The position numbers and the translations under genes were made by a program. A DNA stretch of 64,000 bases from a virus. Location of the stretch: IMG/VR virus record IMGVR_UViG_3300008262_000016; one strand, given 5' to 3'. The notes beneath the pieces were generated by a model. The model made no database searches, had not been told where the DNA came from, and saw only the letters and a program-made list of their open reading frames with translations. Below, piece by piece: positions 45,685 through 55,799 of this stretch (positions are counted from its first letter, which is position 1; every line of letters begins with the position of its first letter).

Positions 45685-48185
45685 TAAAAGAAAAATGATT
45701 CAAGGTTTACAGTTTTTTCGACAGACCATCCAATCGAATCTAGGATAGACTTGAGTGGCTCTACGAAACTCTTTTCAAATTGTAGGTCATAGTCGATGTA
45801 CTTGTCAAGACCAAGTTCCTTAGGAAAGTCTTGAATGAAGGAGATAATGTTCTCCTGGATGATATTTGGTTTTTTCAAATAGAGAAACTTAATTTTTTCT
45901 CCATTACCAATAAGTGAATATTTATTGGTTAGTTTTTTGTCTTTCACATAATGATTAAACAGCAGTGCTCCACGAATGTGAATCGGAGTTCCCTTCATAT
46001 AAATGTCCGATGAAGAATGATATTTTCGAACATCAGATGCTGTCCTTGGAAAAGCGATAGATTCTGGAGGAAGTGTCTTGAATTCACGGCGACATTGTTC
46101 GATAAATTCAATAACCTCATCTTCAGTTCCGTTCATCATGAGTTTTAGACCATCCTTAATCATCTGACGGCAAGGAGCAGGTGTAGAAGACTTCACTGCT
46201 TCAATGCCCATCATCTTCAGTTTGGGTTCATTGTATTGAACACCCTCACTGTTCCATACGTTGAGAATGTATCGCTTCTTTGCGGTCCAAATACCACGTT
46301 CAGCGATATTCTCACGCTTCATCTGCATTTTTTGTTCATATGCCGAAACGTAATCCGCAAGTTCCTGATAACTGGATTCGATGAATGGTTCCAACTTGTC
46401 GTGACAGATCTTATCAAGTATGGAAACAATCGCTGCTTTATCGTCAGACTTATTACCAAAAAATTTAGTAACAAGAGGTCCCATATTAAGATAGATTGAA
46501 TCGGTATCCGATGCAATAACATAGTCTACTTCTTCAGTTTGCAAAAGTTTATTTAGATATGTATTTACTTTATTCTCAATCCAACGAATAGAGACTTGCC
46601 CAGAGAGTGTAATCGCTTCTGCGTTTGCGAGTTTGTAATATCTAAAATACTGGTTACCAATAGCGCCATAAGCAGAGTTCAATTGGATCTTGCGAGCCAT
46701 CTGAATGTTGTTGCATCTTGCAATTTCCTTTTCAAGATCCTTTGTCTTTTTCTTTTCATACTCCTGCTTTGCTGCAAGCATTTTCTTCTTAAAGATAGTT
46801 CGATCCTTATAGATCTTTTCCATCAGTTCTGGAAGAAAACCACGAACATCTTTGCGGAACATAGCACCATTAGCACAAACGGCATAGTCCTTATACAACT
46901 CAAAAGTAAGATCTTGATTAAGAATCTTATCTACAGTAGCAGAAGGATGCCTTTCGTCCAGAAGAGTTTCTGGTGATATGTTGTATTGCATAATCAGGTG
47001 AGGATATAGTGAGTTCAAGTCAAAACTCACAACCCAGTCATACTTTCCAGGAATCGGTTCCTTCACATAGGCACCAGCATACTTAGAATCCTTATCAGAA
47101 CGTTCCTTTGGGGGAATAACGATATTCCTTTGCTTCAGATAGTTGTAAATAATGGTATCCCACATACGGACTTGTGAGAATACATCAGCATAGTTTGCCT
47201 TAGCGTCATAAGCCATAGTGACGGCAAGTTCAATAAGTTTCATCTTGTCTTCCATACGGTCAACAAGTTCCACGTCAATGATGTTGTACTCTACAAACTT
47301 TTGCCAACCGTGCGTATAAAAGTCCTTGAAAGTATCAAATTCACTGTGATCCAGTTTTTTCTTACCAAGTTCTACACTTGCAATGTAATCTAGACGATAC
47401 GATTCCTGTGCTTTATACGTGAACTTTTTATAAAGCTGAAGATAATCAAGTTGAGTGATACCACCAACATCATAGGAAATGTGTTTGCGACCAGCAATAA
47501 AAGTTTCTCTTTCAGTAACTAGACCCCAAGGTGATAGTCTTTTCATCAACTTTTCACCAAGAATTCTATCAATACGTCTTACTAGGTAAGGAATATCATA
47601 CAGTTCACTGTTCCACCCAGTTACAACTTCTGGAGTATTTTGCTCAATCATCCACCAGTTGATAAAATCATCCAGCAACTCATACTCTGTCCTAAAACCC
47701 TTATAGATCACATTATCTTGTTTATTTGAAAATGAACCCTTACCCCAAGTACGAATTTGTTTAGTTGCATAGTCCTGGATAGTAATAAGAAGTACTTCCT
47801 CAGCAGCAGATTCTACATCAGGAAATCCATTCTCCGATGCAACCTCAATGTCCAATGTTGTGATTTTGATTTTATTTGTATCAAACTTAATCTCCTCTTC
47901 AGGATACATCTCAGAAATATACTGGTAAATATATCCAGTATTTCCATAGATTTTAAAGTTTTCTACCCCCTCATACTTTTTGATGAACTCACGACAGTCA
48001 CGAACACATCCTGGTTGAACTGCCTCCACATAATCACCAGTCAGAGTTTGATATTTGGTTTTTTTGTTTGCGGGGACAAAAAGGGTCGGGTTGAACTTCT
48101 CACGAGTCATGAAGTGTTTACCATCTTCATAACCACGAACCAAGAAGTGGTCCCCGACCATTTGGACGTTTGTATAAAAGCGCAT
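45684..48185 (-). CDS. gp43: family B DNA polymerase
   Basis: DIE, FDLNSLYP, K..LNSAYG, SDTDS, KKRY. Confidence 0.97.
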   Translation of the reverse strand: MRFYTNVQMVGDHFLVRGYEDGKHFMTREKFNPTLFVPANKKTKYQTLTGDYVEAVQPGCVRDCREFIKKYEGVENFKIYGNTGYIYQYISEMYPEEEIKFDTNKIKITTLDIEVASENGFPDVESAAEEVLLITIQDYATKQIRTWGKGSFSNKQDNVIYKGFRTEYELLDDFINWWMIEQNTPEVVTGWNSELYDIPYLVRRIDRILGEKLMKRLSPWGLVTERETFIAGRKHISYDVGGITQLDYLQLYKKFTYKAQESYRLDYIASVELGKKKLDHSEFDTFKDFYTHGWQKFVEYNIIDVELVDRMEDKMKLIELAVTMAYDAKANYADVFSQVRMWDTIIYNYLKQRNIVIPPKERSDKDSKYAGAYVKEPIPGKYDWVVSFDLNSLYPHLIMQYNISPETLLDERHPSATVDKILNQDLTFELYKDYAVCANGAMFRKDVRGFLPELMEKIYKDRTIFKKKMLAAKQEYEKKKTKDLEKEIARCNNIQMARKIQLNSAYGAIGNQYFRYYKLANAEAITLSGQVSIRWIENKVNTYLNKLLQTEEVDYVIASDTDSIYLNMGPLVTKFFGNKSDDKAAIVSILDKICHDKLEPFIESSYQELADYVSAYEQKMQMKRENIAERGIWTAKKRYILNVWNSEGVQYNEPKLKMMGIEAVKSSTPAPCRQMIKDGLKLMMNGTEDEVIEFIEQCRREFKTLPPESIAFPRTASDVRKYHSSSDIYMKGTPIHIRGALLFNHYVKDKKLTNKYSLIGNGEKIKFLYLKKPNIIQENIISFIQDFPKELGLDKYIDYDLQFEKSFVEPLKSILDSIGWSVEKTVNLESFFF

Positions 48186-48737
48186 TATGCTGTTAGTTCA
48201 AGATACTTTTCAATAACTTCTTCTGTTGGGTCTGCGATGGTTAGAATATCTTCCGACCGAATCATTAATTCTCTCTGATTTGTTGCCTTTGGCCAAGGAA
48301 TCATATCATCAATTGTCTTGAATAGATATGGGTTAATCAACCTACAGTTTGGATCACCTAACTGAGCATCAACCTCAATAACCTCACTGATAATAACATT
48401 ATCAACGTCCATTAGCAAGCACTTAATCGACTTGTCCATTTACTTTCTCCTGATACATTTCAATAATAGAATTTAGTGGTTCAACAATAGTTACAATCCA
48501 GTCTGGAGTGACGAGAACATCTTCATCTTCGGTCAACAGAATCCATGGAGACAATGTAATCTCTACATTTCTATCATCAATAGCATTCTCATCTTCAGTA
48601 AGAAGAAGAGTTCTATTCACCTGAACCTTATGTGGTTTATTGAAAACGTAACCACGGACGCTATCTTCAGATACAAGTTCTTTTATATCAGAAACAACTT
48701 GTTCACCAGACTTCAATAATACAAGTTTGATTGACAT
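48185..48737 (-). CDS. two small conserved hypothetical proteins (48185-48439, 48423-48737)
   Basis: Related short beta-rich ORFs between hsp20 and gp43. Confidence 0.7.
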
Positions 48738-48839
48738 TAATTACTCAACTCCTCAAGTCATTCTACCAATAAAAAGGGGAGGTGTCAACTGGATTGTGCC
48801 AGTTACCTCCCCGTCTGCGCCGACGATATTCGATACTAT

Positions 48840-49274
48840 TTAGAGATAGTCCTTACGTGCGTGATGTTCTGGAACTACTTTCCCAAGTACGATCCGTAGA
48901 AGTCCGTCTTCGAATACAACTTCCCCGACTTCTGTGTCGTCGGATAGAGTCCACGCTCGTTTAAAACTTCTGCTAGCCACTCCCTTGTGGATAAACGTCC
49001 GTTCCGAGTCGGCATCCACTTTTTGTCCTTCGACAAAAAGCTTTCCATATTCCGTGAAAACATTGACTTCTCCTTTCTTAAAACCTGCGAGTGCAATTTC
49101 TAAATGCGACTCTACGTTATTTACCTGAATAAGGTTATAAGGTGGATAATTTGTTGAAGTTTCGTGAAGATTAAAGATACGATCAAAGTATTCATCCATA
49201 CCAATACTGTTTCTTGTGATCCTTTCCATCAGGGCAGGAAGATCCGCAGCAGTATACCTTGTGAGGTTGGTCAT
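48840..49274 (-). CDS. hsp20: small heat shock protein
   Basis: NYPPYN, EIALAGF, HKG.A.RSF, DGLL. Confidence 0.95.
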   Translation of the reverse strand: MTNLTRYTAADLPALMERITRNSIGMDEYFDRIFNLHETSTNYPPYNLIQVNNVESHLEIALAGFKKGEVNVFTEYGKLFVEGQKVDADSERTFIHKGVASRSFKRAWTLSDDTEVGEVVFEDGLLRIVLGKVVPEHHARKDYL

Positions 49275-49381
49275 TATAGTAGCTCCTTTAAAAGCGAGTT
49301 TGTGTTGTGTGGACCCTTACGGCATCCACTACTAATTATACAAGAAAACATAAAAAAGGGAGTGTTGAACTCCCTACAGAA

Positions 49382-49822
49382 TCATTCGGTTTCTTCTGCT
49401 CTCTTCTTCTTAGAACCAATGTTGTACTTGGTTTCCAGAATCCAGTCACCCTTGTCCTTATAAGCAAGAACTTTGATTTGATTCAGTGGAGCAATGTCTT
49501 GAATCTTAGTAACATCCACAATCTCAATCAAACCCCAGTCAGCAAGAAGTTGGGCAATACGATTGCGACGCTGGACATCATTCGCAGTAAGGTTTGCGTG
49601 CTTACCATCAAGGGCAAACAGTTCCTTAAAGTGAACCAGATAGTATCTGCCTTGCTTATGAAGAATATGGCAAGACTGATAGATTTTCTTTTCTTTTCTT
49701 GAAGCGACTCCAATACGAGTCAAAGTTTCACGCACTTTCAAAAAGTCGTCTGGTTCGTTAAGAACCACTTCAACCATTTGTTCAGGCGACCACTTCACTT
49801 CAGGTTCTTGAACGACACTCAT
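49382..49822 (-). CDS. regA: translational repressor
   Basis: FLKVRETLTRIG, SCHILHKQG.YY.VHFKE. Confidence 0.96.
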   Translation of the reverse strand: MSVVQEPEVKWSPEQMVEVVLNEPDDFLKVRETLTRIGVASRKEKKIYQSCHILHKQGRYYLVHFKELFALDGKHANLTANDVQRRNRIAQLLADWGLIEIVDVTKIQDIAPLNQIKVLAYKDKGDWILETKYNIGSKKKRAEETE

Positions 49823-50199
49823 TTTGTTCCTCCAGTTTCAAATTTCGATTTAATAAAATTAAGTTGTTCTTCTGTAAGAATCCTCAAAGCTTGTTTTGCC
49901 TTTTCATTACTATAACCATAATAACGTTTGACATAATCAAGATCTTTGATTTTATCTTGTCGGAGCCAGGGAGAAAATCTCTTCTTTTTCCTCAGACTAT
50001 TTAGATAAAAATCATATTGCAGTTTTTTGGGGAGGAAATGATACCTGTTGAGTTCATTAGCAAACAACACAGAATCCAAGTGCCCAGAGAAACAACGGTT
50101 GATAATATAAGGAGGATATTCCTTCTCAAGTGAAGGGTCTTCGTCAATCAGATTCTCTTTCGTCTGATTGATCGAGTTTAACCAGTCCTTCAATTCCAT
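49819..50199 (-). CDS. gp62: clamp loader small subunit
   Basis: WLNSIN, Y.PYIINR, QYDF, YYGYS.EKA. Confidence 0.92.
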   Translation of the reverse strand: MELKDWLNSINQTKENLIDEDPSLEKEYPPYIINRCFSGHLDSVLFANELNRYHFLPKKLQYDFYLNSLRKKKRFSPWLRQDKIKDLDYVKRYYGYSNEKAKQALRILTEEQLNFIKSKFETGGTK

Positions 50200-51016
50200 A
50201 ATTAAAAAGTAGTAGTTCTTTACGTTTCTTTTGCTCTCGCATATATTCACCAACTGACCTCATTGTATAAGTAAGGTCAAACTCGGCAGCATTCCAATTC
50301 TTAAAACGGTCTTTTACAAGTTGGTCAGAGTTGTAACTCACCAACTGATCCATATCGTTAGAGTCGCAGTCAGCAGCAAACTTATCGTGATCAAATCCTT
50401 TGTGCATTGATCCCTTGTTCCCATAGAGATTATCCTTAATATCGTAAGGAGGGTCAAGATACATAAACGCACCTTTGTTTCCATCCATCAGATAATCGTA
50501 GGAATAGTTAGTTATACGCCAATTTTCGATTATCTTAGAATACCCAGGCAACTTTTCAATCCCGCGCATACTGAAGTTGGATACGCTTGCCTGTTGTGAA
50601 AATGATGAACTCTCTGTGAGCCCACTAAAAGAGCACTTATTAACAACATAAAAAGCCACAGCACGCTCAATGCTAGGCACATCTTGGTCATTGACTTTCT
50701 CCTTGGAGGAAAGGAATAAATCTTTTGCTGACTCTGGTGTATTGTTTGATGTCTTTAACTCTACCAACCTATCTTTCATATCGACCCCAAACATCTGCAG
50801 TTGCTGCCAGAAGTTTACAAGGGGTTCGTATAAATCATTCACCCAAATATTTAACGAGGGATATTTCTTGGTGATATAAATCGCAACACTTCCTCCTCCA
50901 AGGAATGGTTCACGGAACTCATCATAGTTACGAAGGTCTGGAAAGTAAGATCCCATCTTTTCACAAGCACGGGACTTACCGCCTGGGTAGCGTAACGGTG
51001 TTTTAAGAGACTTCAT
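50144..51016 (-). CDS. dam: DNA adenine methyltransferase
   Basis: RYPGGKS, EPF.GGGS, YLDPPY. Confidence 0.93.
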   Translation of the reverse strand: MKSLKTPLRYPGGKSRACEKMGSYFPDLRNYDEFREPFLGGGSVAIYITKKYPSLNIWVNDLYEPLVNFWQQLQMFGVDMKDRLVELKTSNNTPESAKDLFLSSKEKVNDQDVPSIERAVAFYVVNKCSFSGLTESSSFSQQASVSNFSMRGIEKLPGYSKIIENWRITNYSYDYLMDGNKGAFMYLDPPYDIKDNLYGNKGSMHKGFDHDKFAADCDSNDMDQLVSYNSDQLVKDRFKNWNAAEFDLTYTMRSVGEYMREQKKRKELLLFNYGIEGLVKLDQSDERESD

Positions 51017-51531
51017 ACTGTTTCCTCAATCAAATTATAAAGTTTAGTAGCGAAGTCTTCCTTCTCTACCGGAATTACATTCTTAGCAAGAAATGTAATA
51101 TCATCAAAATGAACTCTGAAAGAAATATTAGTGTCTTTGATGTTCGTATGCTTCATACAAGAATCCCAATCACAAATACCAATGGTATAAGTTTTAGTAT
51201 CCCACAATAGCATATAATCAAAAGTTTTTTCAGGCAAACCTAAACTTTTACCTTGAAAATTTTTTAAAGTTATTTCTTTCGTCCACGGAATAGTTTTACA
51301 AAAGAGACCATCCTTTCCCTTTGATTCGTAATAAAGATTATCAACCAGACCATAAAAGTCTCTACCATTTTCTTTATCACCAACATACTGAAGTTGACCG
51401 CCACTATACTTAGCAATAGCAATCTCTTGAACTTCTGCTCGTAGAGGTCTAGTTTGATTTCTTTTTAGTCCATCAGTAGATTTAACTACACCAAAAATAG
51501 AAGAAAAATCAAACAGTTTGGGATTGATCAT
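51013..51531 (-). CDS. hypothetical protein, possible restriction-like nuclease
   Basis: E...GRDF...YESK pattern; ATGA-coupled to dam. Confidence 0.45.
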   Translation of the reverse strand: MINPKLFDFSSIFGVVKSTDGLKRNQTRPLRAEVQEIAIAKYSGGQLQYVGDKENGRDFYGLVDNLYYESKGKDGLFCKTIPWTKEITLKNFQGKSLGLPEKTFDYMLLWDTKTYTIGICDWDSCMKHTNIKDTNISFRVHFDDITFLAKNVIPVEKEDFATKLYNLIEETV

Positions 51532-51942
51532 AATCTTTAGGGTGATACTTCAAGTATTCAAGGAAGGTCATTTTCATTTCCTTGTGAGTCATACCGCAAT
51601 GTTTTGCGGCAGCAGGTAGAGTCATTTTAGCACGAAACAATGCTTCATTTGCTTCTTGGACATTTTCTGGTGTAGTCTTCACTTTTTCTTCTACCAACTT
51701 ACTCTTATCAATTTTAAGAAGTCCCATTACTCAAACTCCCTAGAAGCATTAAACTTTTTTGCGGGTGGTGTATAAGGAGGAATAACCTCACAAGTCACAT
51801 GAATATCAGCACCGTTGGTTGCCTCAGCCATTTGGCGATATCCAGACCCAACATAAATCTGTCCGCCAACTACGGCAACCGCCATAGCACCCCAGAAAAT
51901 GTAATACCACTTGGACTTTACTTGATGTTGTTTGTTTTTCAT
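51509..51942 (-). CDS. two small hypothetical proteins (51509-51727, 51727-51942)
   Basis: Coupled ORFs; the second has a TM segment. Confidence 0.6.
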
Positions 51943-52460
51943 TTGAACTCACACTCCACTTGTTTTCTTCTATAATGATTTTGTAATGGTGTAACCCATC
52001 TCAAATTATCAATAGAATTGTTTGAGGGATCATTATCAATATGGTCAATATATGCAGTGTCTCTTACCCACTGCTTGAAACACTCTGGGGCATCGTCCCA
52101 TTCATCTATCAAAGAGTCTGGCGGATACCTATCGATTGGTTTCCATGTTTCCATTACTGCCCTGTGAATGTCTATACGAATTTTCGATGTAGTAAAGTTA
52201 TATTTTTCTTGAATTAGTGTGCTGGTTCCTGCTGAATGTTCAAAATCTTCATAAAATCCTTTTGGAACACGACATGCGGTTGTTAAACATTTAAGACGTT
52301 TTCTTCCACTCGCATAGTATTCAAAGTTTTGCGTATGGGTCATGAATTTATTTGATTTTGAACTGTATATCTCCCCCTCTTTAGAAACATAATATCCAGG
52401 AATCTCTTTCCCAAATCTAACCAGTGGTTTAAATCTTTCTTCACCAAAAATGTTCAACAT
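51939..52460 (-). CDS. NUMOD4-HNH homing endonuclease
   Basis: IPGYYVS..G.I.S, HR.V...W, IDHIDND..NN..DNLRWVT. Confidence 0.88.
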   Translation of the reverse strand: MLNIFGEERFKPLVRFGKEIPGYYVSKEGEIYSSKSNKFMTHTQNFEYYASGRKRLKCLTTACRVPKGFYEDFEHSAGTSTLIQEKYNFTTSKIRIDIHRAVMETWKPIDRYPPDSLIDEWDDAPECFKQWVRDTAYIDHIDNDPSNNSIDNLRWVTPLQNHYRRKQVECEFK

Positions 52461-52462
52461 AA

Positions 52463-52666
52463 TCAGTTCCTCTCAATAAAGGAACGCATTTCTTCCGCAA
52501 GTCTATGAATTTCTTCATCACTAGGGTAGATTGGATAATTACCAGGATCTTCTCCTTTATCAAGGAGAATATTGTAGCGATTTTCTTCCGCATTGTAGCG
52601 GTTTACAAGACGACTTTCTGCCTGCTGGAGAAGTTCCCAGCGCAGGTCGTATGGATTGCGAGCCAT
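52463..52666 (-). CDS. small helical protein with CA-rich leader
   Basis: NPYDLRWELL..A...YP..EEI...A..M..FI. Confidence 0.7.
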   Translation of the reverse strand: MARNPYDLRWELLQQAESRLVNRYNAEENRYNILLDKGEDPGNYPIYPSDEEIHRLAEEMRSFIERN

Positions 52667-52764
52667 AGTTTTATTAAAATAGTATGTGTTTGATTTGTGT
52701 TTGTGTGTCTGTGTGTAAGATATACCTTACGCGACTAACATCAAATCTGTTTTATTTATATCAC

Positions 52765-53706
52765 TTACTTGAACTCACACTCCACCATAATTTCAGTTAG
52801 TGCTGCTAGGAGGTTAATTTCCTGATCAGCCACGAACGCACATTGGTATTGATACTTAGCAATAACAAGAACGGCAGCGGGGATAGTACTGGGAGAAAGG
52901 CAACTATAACAGGAGTCATAAACCCTGCGAAGTAGGCTAGAAGCATCGTTGTCCAGGTTGGAGACCACCCATTTGCGGACTTCGGTGAAATTCTTTTCCT
53001 TGAGATGTTTAATGAGGTCATTTACAGAGATGTCAGAGAAAGAAGCAAGAATACCAGAGTCGATTTCTCCTCCTACGGAGTATCTTTGGCATTCGTTGAG
53101 GACTCGTCGCCAGTCGGGGAAATGTTTATTGATAATCTCCGCAAGTACTCTTTGATCGAATCGGACGCCTTCCGCATCCAGGATGTCTTGTAGACGCTTG
53201 AAGAAGAGTCCTGCCAGTGCGGTTTTTTCTTTCCCTTTGATCGAGAAGTCAACAACGGCACATCTGCTATGAAGGGGCTCGATGATCTTGTTCTTGTAGT
53301 TGCAGGTAAAGATGAAACGGCAATTACCAGCAAATTCCTCAATAAACGCCCGTAGGAGGAGTTGTACATCGTTGCCTGTGTTGTCTGCCTCATCAATGAT
53401 AACGACCTTGTGTTTAGCATCTGACGAAAGTGAGACGGTCGAAGCGAAGTTCTTCGCATTGTTTCGGACAGTATCAAGGAATCTACCCTCGTCGGATCCA
53501 TTGATGACATAAACATCTACCCCCAGTTCGTTACAAAGTGCTTTAGCAACAGTGGTCTTGCCGATACCAGGAGGACCTGCAAGAAGCATATTAGGAATCT
53601 CACCCTTATTCAAAAACTCCCTAAACATAGTCTTGGTAGACTCTGGGAGAATACAATCTTCAATAGTCTTCGGGCGATATTTCTCAACCCAAATAAAATC
53701 ACTCAT
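52765..53706 (-). CDS. gp44: clamp loader AAA+ subunit
   Basis: WVEKYRP, GPPGIGKTT, DEAD, SRC. Confidence 0.96.
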   Translation of the reverse strand: MSDFIWVEKYRPKTIEDCILPESTKTMFREFLNKGEIPNMLLAGPPGIGKTTVAKALCNELGVDVYVINGSDEGRFLDTVRNNAKNFASTVSLSSDAKHKVVIIDEADNTGNDVQLLLRAFIEEFAGNCRFIFTCNYKNKIIEPLHSRCAVVDFSIKGKEKTALAGLFFKRLQDILDAEGVRFDQRVLAEIINKHFPDWRRVLNECQRYSVGGEIDSGILASFSDISVNDLIKHLKEKNFTEVRKWVVSNLDNDASSLLRRVYDSCYSCLSPSTIPAAVLVIAKYQYQCAFVADQEINLLAALTEIMVECEFK

Positions 53707-53827
53707 AATCAAATCCAATCTGGTTTTTTCAATTTAGAGGAGGGAACAATCTCCCACCATTCTTTCCCATCAAAAATATACAACTTATGCGTATCTTTGT
53801 CAAGGAAAACATCACCTTTCTGATAGT

Positions 53828-54337
53828 TCATACCCATTCAGGTTTACGTTGGGGCATACGCAGATAGTTATCAGCAACCCAAGGTTTAGATGCAATATAC
53901 ATCTTGTATGCGTCAAAAGTGGAAATACTAGTATCAAACTTATATTCCTCAGGCATTGCTCGTGCGAAGGGGGTCACACTAGTAATCTTTCCTTTTGGGA
54001 AAAGATAATAAGCATGAGTAAGAGTCCCTTCACAGGAGTGTTGCCTATTATAGCGTAATGTATACTCAGAACACAAGTTCAGTCCCCATTTAATAAGCCA
54101 ATACGCATTATCTATTGTTTCTGCTGCCCACTTAGTACATGGATGATTGCGGAATGCTCCTTTTTCAGTTTTATATGCAGTGCCGTCTTCTTTAGGAAGA
54201 ATACCATAATCATGATACCAGGGAGAAGCGATGATGCTGAGCATCTGACAGCATTCTAGCGGCATCTTGACGATGTGTTTGTCTGGAAGACAAATAGCAC
54301 TTTCGGCAGGGAATGGATTAGTTACAAAGATATTCAT
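53828..54337 (-). CDS. pyrimidine-dimer glycosylase (DenV-related) family protein
   Basis: MNIF, DKHIVKM.LE..QMLS, NHPC..W, EY..RY...H. Confidence 0.75.
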   Translation of the reverse strand: MNIFVTNPFPAESAICLPDKHIVKMPLECCQMLSIIASPWYHDYGILPKEDGTAYKTEKGAFRNHPCTKWAAETIDNAYWLIKWGLNLCSEYTLRYNRQHSCEGTLTHAYYLFPKGKITSVTPFARAMPEEYKFDTSISTFDAYKMYIASKPWVADNYLRMPQRKPEWV

Positions 54338-54791
54338 CGGAAAGAAACCGCTTTAAGTATTCTACACCCCAGTCTAATGCCTCATGTGAGATGTCGGTGA
54401 TGTTTTGTGCCAGAATGTCTTTTGCCTTAACAATTCTATCTTGTCCAAGAGCACGGACACAAGCGGCAGAAACAACCATAAACTCTTCAAGATCATCATT
54501 GTTTCCTTTTTTGAATCCACTGATATACAGATCTCGAACTTCTCTCATAAGTTGTTCTGTTTGTGATTCAAATTTAATGGTTCCTTCCTTCAAAGGAATC
54601 TCCATATTCTTCATACAAGACATACTAAACTTCATCGCCTTTCTGGTTTCTTCAATAGACAGGGCATAGTCTTTACCATCTCTAAAGGCATATTGAATAA
54701 TACCATTAGCACACTCCATTACGCGAAGAATAGCAACCTTATCCTTTTCATTATCGGATAGATTGTTAAAGATGGTGTCCCAGTCTTTCAT
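54318..54791 (-). CDS. hypothetical protein
   Basis: Coupled ORF. Confidence 0.65.
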   Translation of the reverse strand: MKDWDTIFNNLSDNEKDKVAILRVMECANGIIQYAFRDGKDYALSIEETRKAMKFSMSCMKNMEIPLKEGTIKFESQTEQLMREVRDLYISGFKKGNNDDLEEFMVVSAACVRALGQDRIVKAKDILAQNITDISHEALDWGVEYLKRFLSDEYLCN

Positions 54792-55126
54792 TCCAATGGT
54801 CTCACAAATTCATTAGAAACAATGTCTGTAGCATTCATTGACTCATACATGTATGTTACACCAGCACGGGGAACTGTATGGTCTCCACAAGTAAAAACAT
54901 CACAAACTGCAATACCCATCTCTGGCCAAGTATGGATGCTGATATGTGATTCAGCAAGAAGAGCAATAGCAGTTACACCTTGAGGATCAAACTTATGAGA
55001 TGAAACATCAAGCAATGTGCTTTTACAAAGTTGTGCTGCTTTTACAAGCACATTGCGAATATGTGACTCATCATCAAGTAGATTCTCAGAACAACCTTTA
55101 AGTGTAAAGAGAATGTGTTTCATCAA
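54788..55126 (-). CDS. speD: S-adenosylmethionine decarboxylase proenzyme
   Basis: F.PQGVT...LAESHISIHTWPE...DVFTCG. Confidence 0.95.
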   Translation of the reverse strand: MMKHILFTLKGCSENLLDDESHIRNVLVKAAQLCKSTLLDVSSHKFDPQGVTAIALLAESHISIHTWPEMGIAVCDVFTCGDHTVPRAGVTYMYESMNATDIVSNEFVRPLE

Positions 55127-55788
55127 CCAAAAGTAGAGTCGGGTTCCAAAGCAATAAAATACGTCAGGTTGTATTTTGTATTTGTAAACTGAGATAGCAG
55201 TTTAGAAGACACTACAACATCGTAGGCACCAGGAATAATCTTGATGTTTTCTACCTTGAAGTTGAAAGTAAACTCTTGATCAGTCTCACCAACCACAATG
55301 GCGTATTCATTAGAAGTATCGTTCTTCTTATCACGAACAACGAGTTTCACAACACCTGCCTCGCCAATAGCAGAAAGATCAGGCAGTTGATAAACTGCTG
55401 CTGCTTTCACCAGTTTTTCCAAAGAAGCACTGTCCAGTTGGAAGCAAACATCTTGAGAGGGAAGTTGAATATCTTTCTCTGGGGGAGAAATGATAACGTT
55501 AGGATCTGCAAAGAAATACTTCACACGACGCTTACCTTCTTTGATAGAAAGATAAGAATCCTCTTTGAAGTCAAGGTCAGGGTCCTGGTGAAGACTCAGA
55601 CCATTCAGAAACTGGTTGAGATCGTAAATAGCAAAGTCACGGGGAAACTCTTCTGTAATGTCTGCCTCTGCAAGAATATTCTTGGCAACAGAAATAGTAC
55701 GAAGACGGTTACCCTCCTTCACAAGGATAGAGTTGTTAATACCAGCAAAATTCTTGAGAATAGTGAGGGTGTTATCAGAAAGTTTCAT
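55123..55788 (-). CDS. gp45: sliding clamp
   Basis: LKNFAGIN.S, FAIYDLN.FL, Y.IALE. Confidence 0.95.
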   Translation of the reverse strand: MKLSDNTLTILKNFAGINNSILVKEGNRLRTISVAKNILAEADITEEFPRDFAIYDLNQFLNGLSLHQDPDLDFKEDSYLSIKEGKRRVKYFFADPNVIISPPEKDIQLPSQDVCFQLDSASLEKLVKAAAVYQLPDLSAIGEAGVVKLVVRDKKNDTSNEYAIVVGETDQEFTFNFKVENIKIIPGAYDVVVSSKLLSQFTNTKYNLTYFIALEPDSTFG

Positions 55789-55799
55789 GTTGTTCATTA

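Noticed and set aside
45684-48185. Inteins or introns in gp43, gp41, gp46 or nrdB
   Set aside because: Lengths and motif order are continuous with no insertions.
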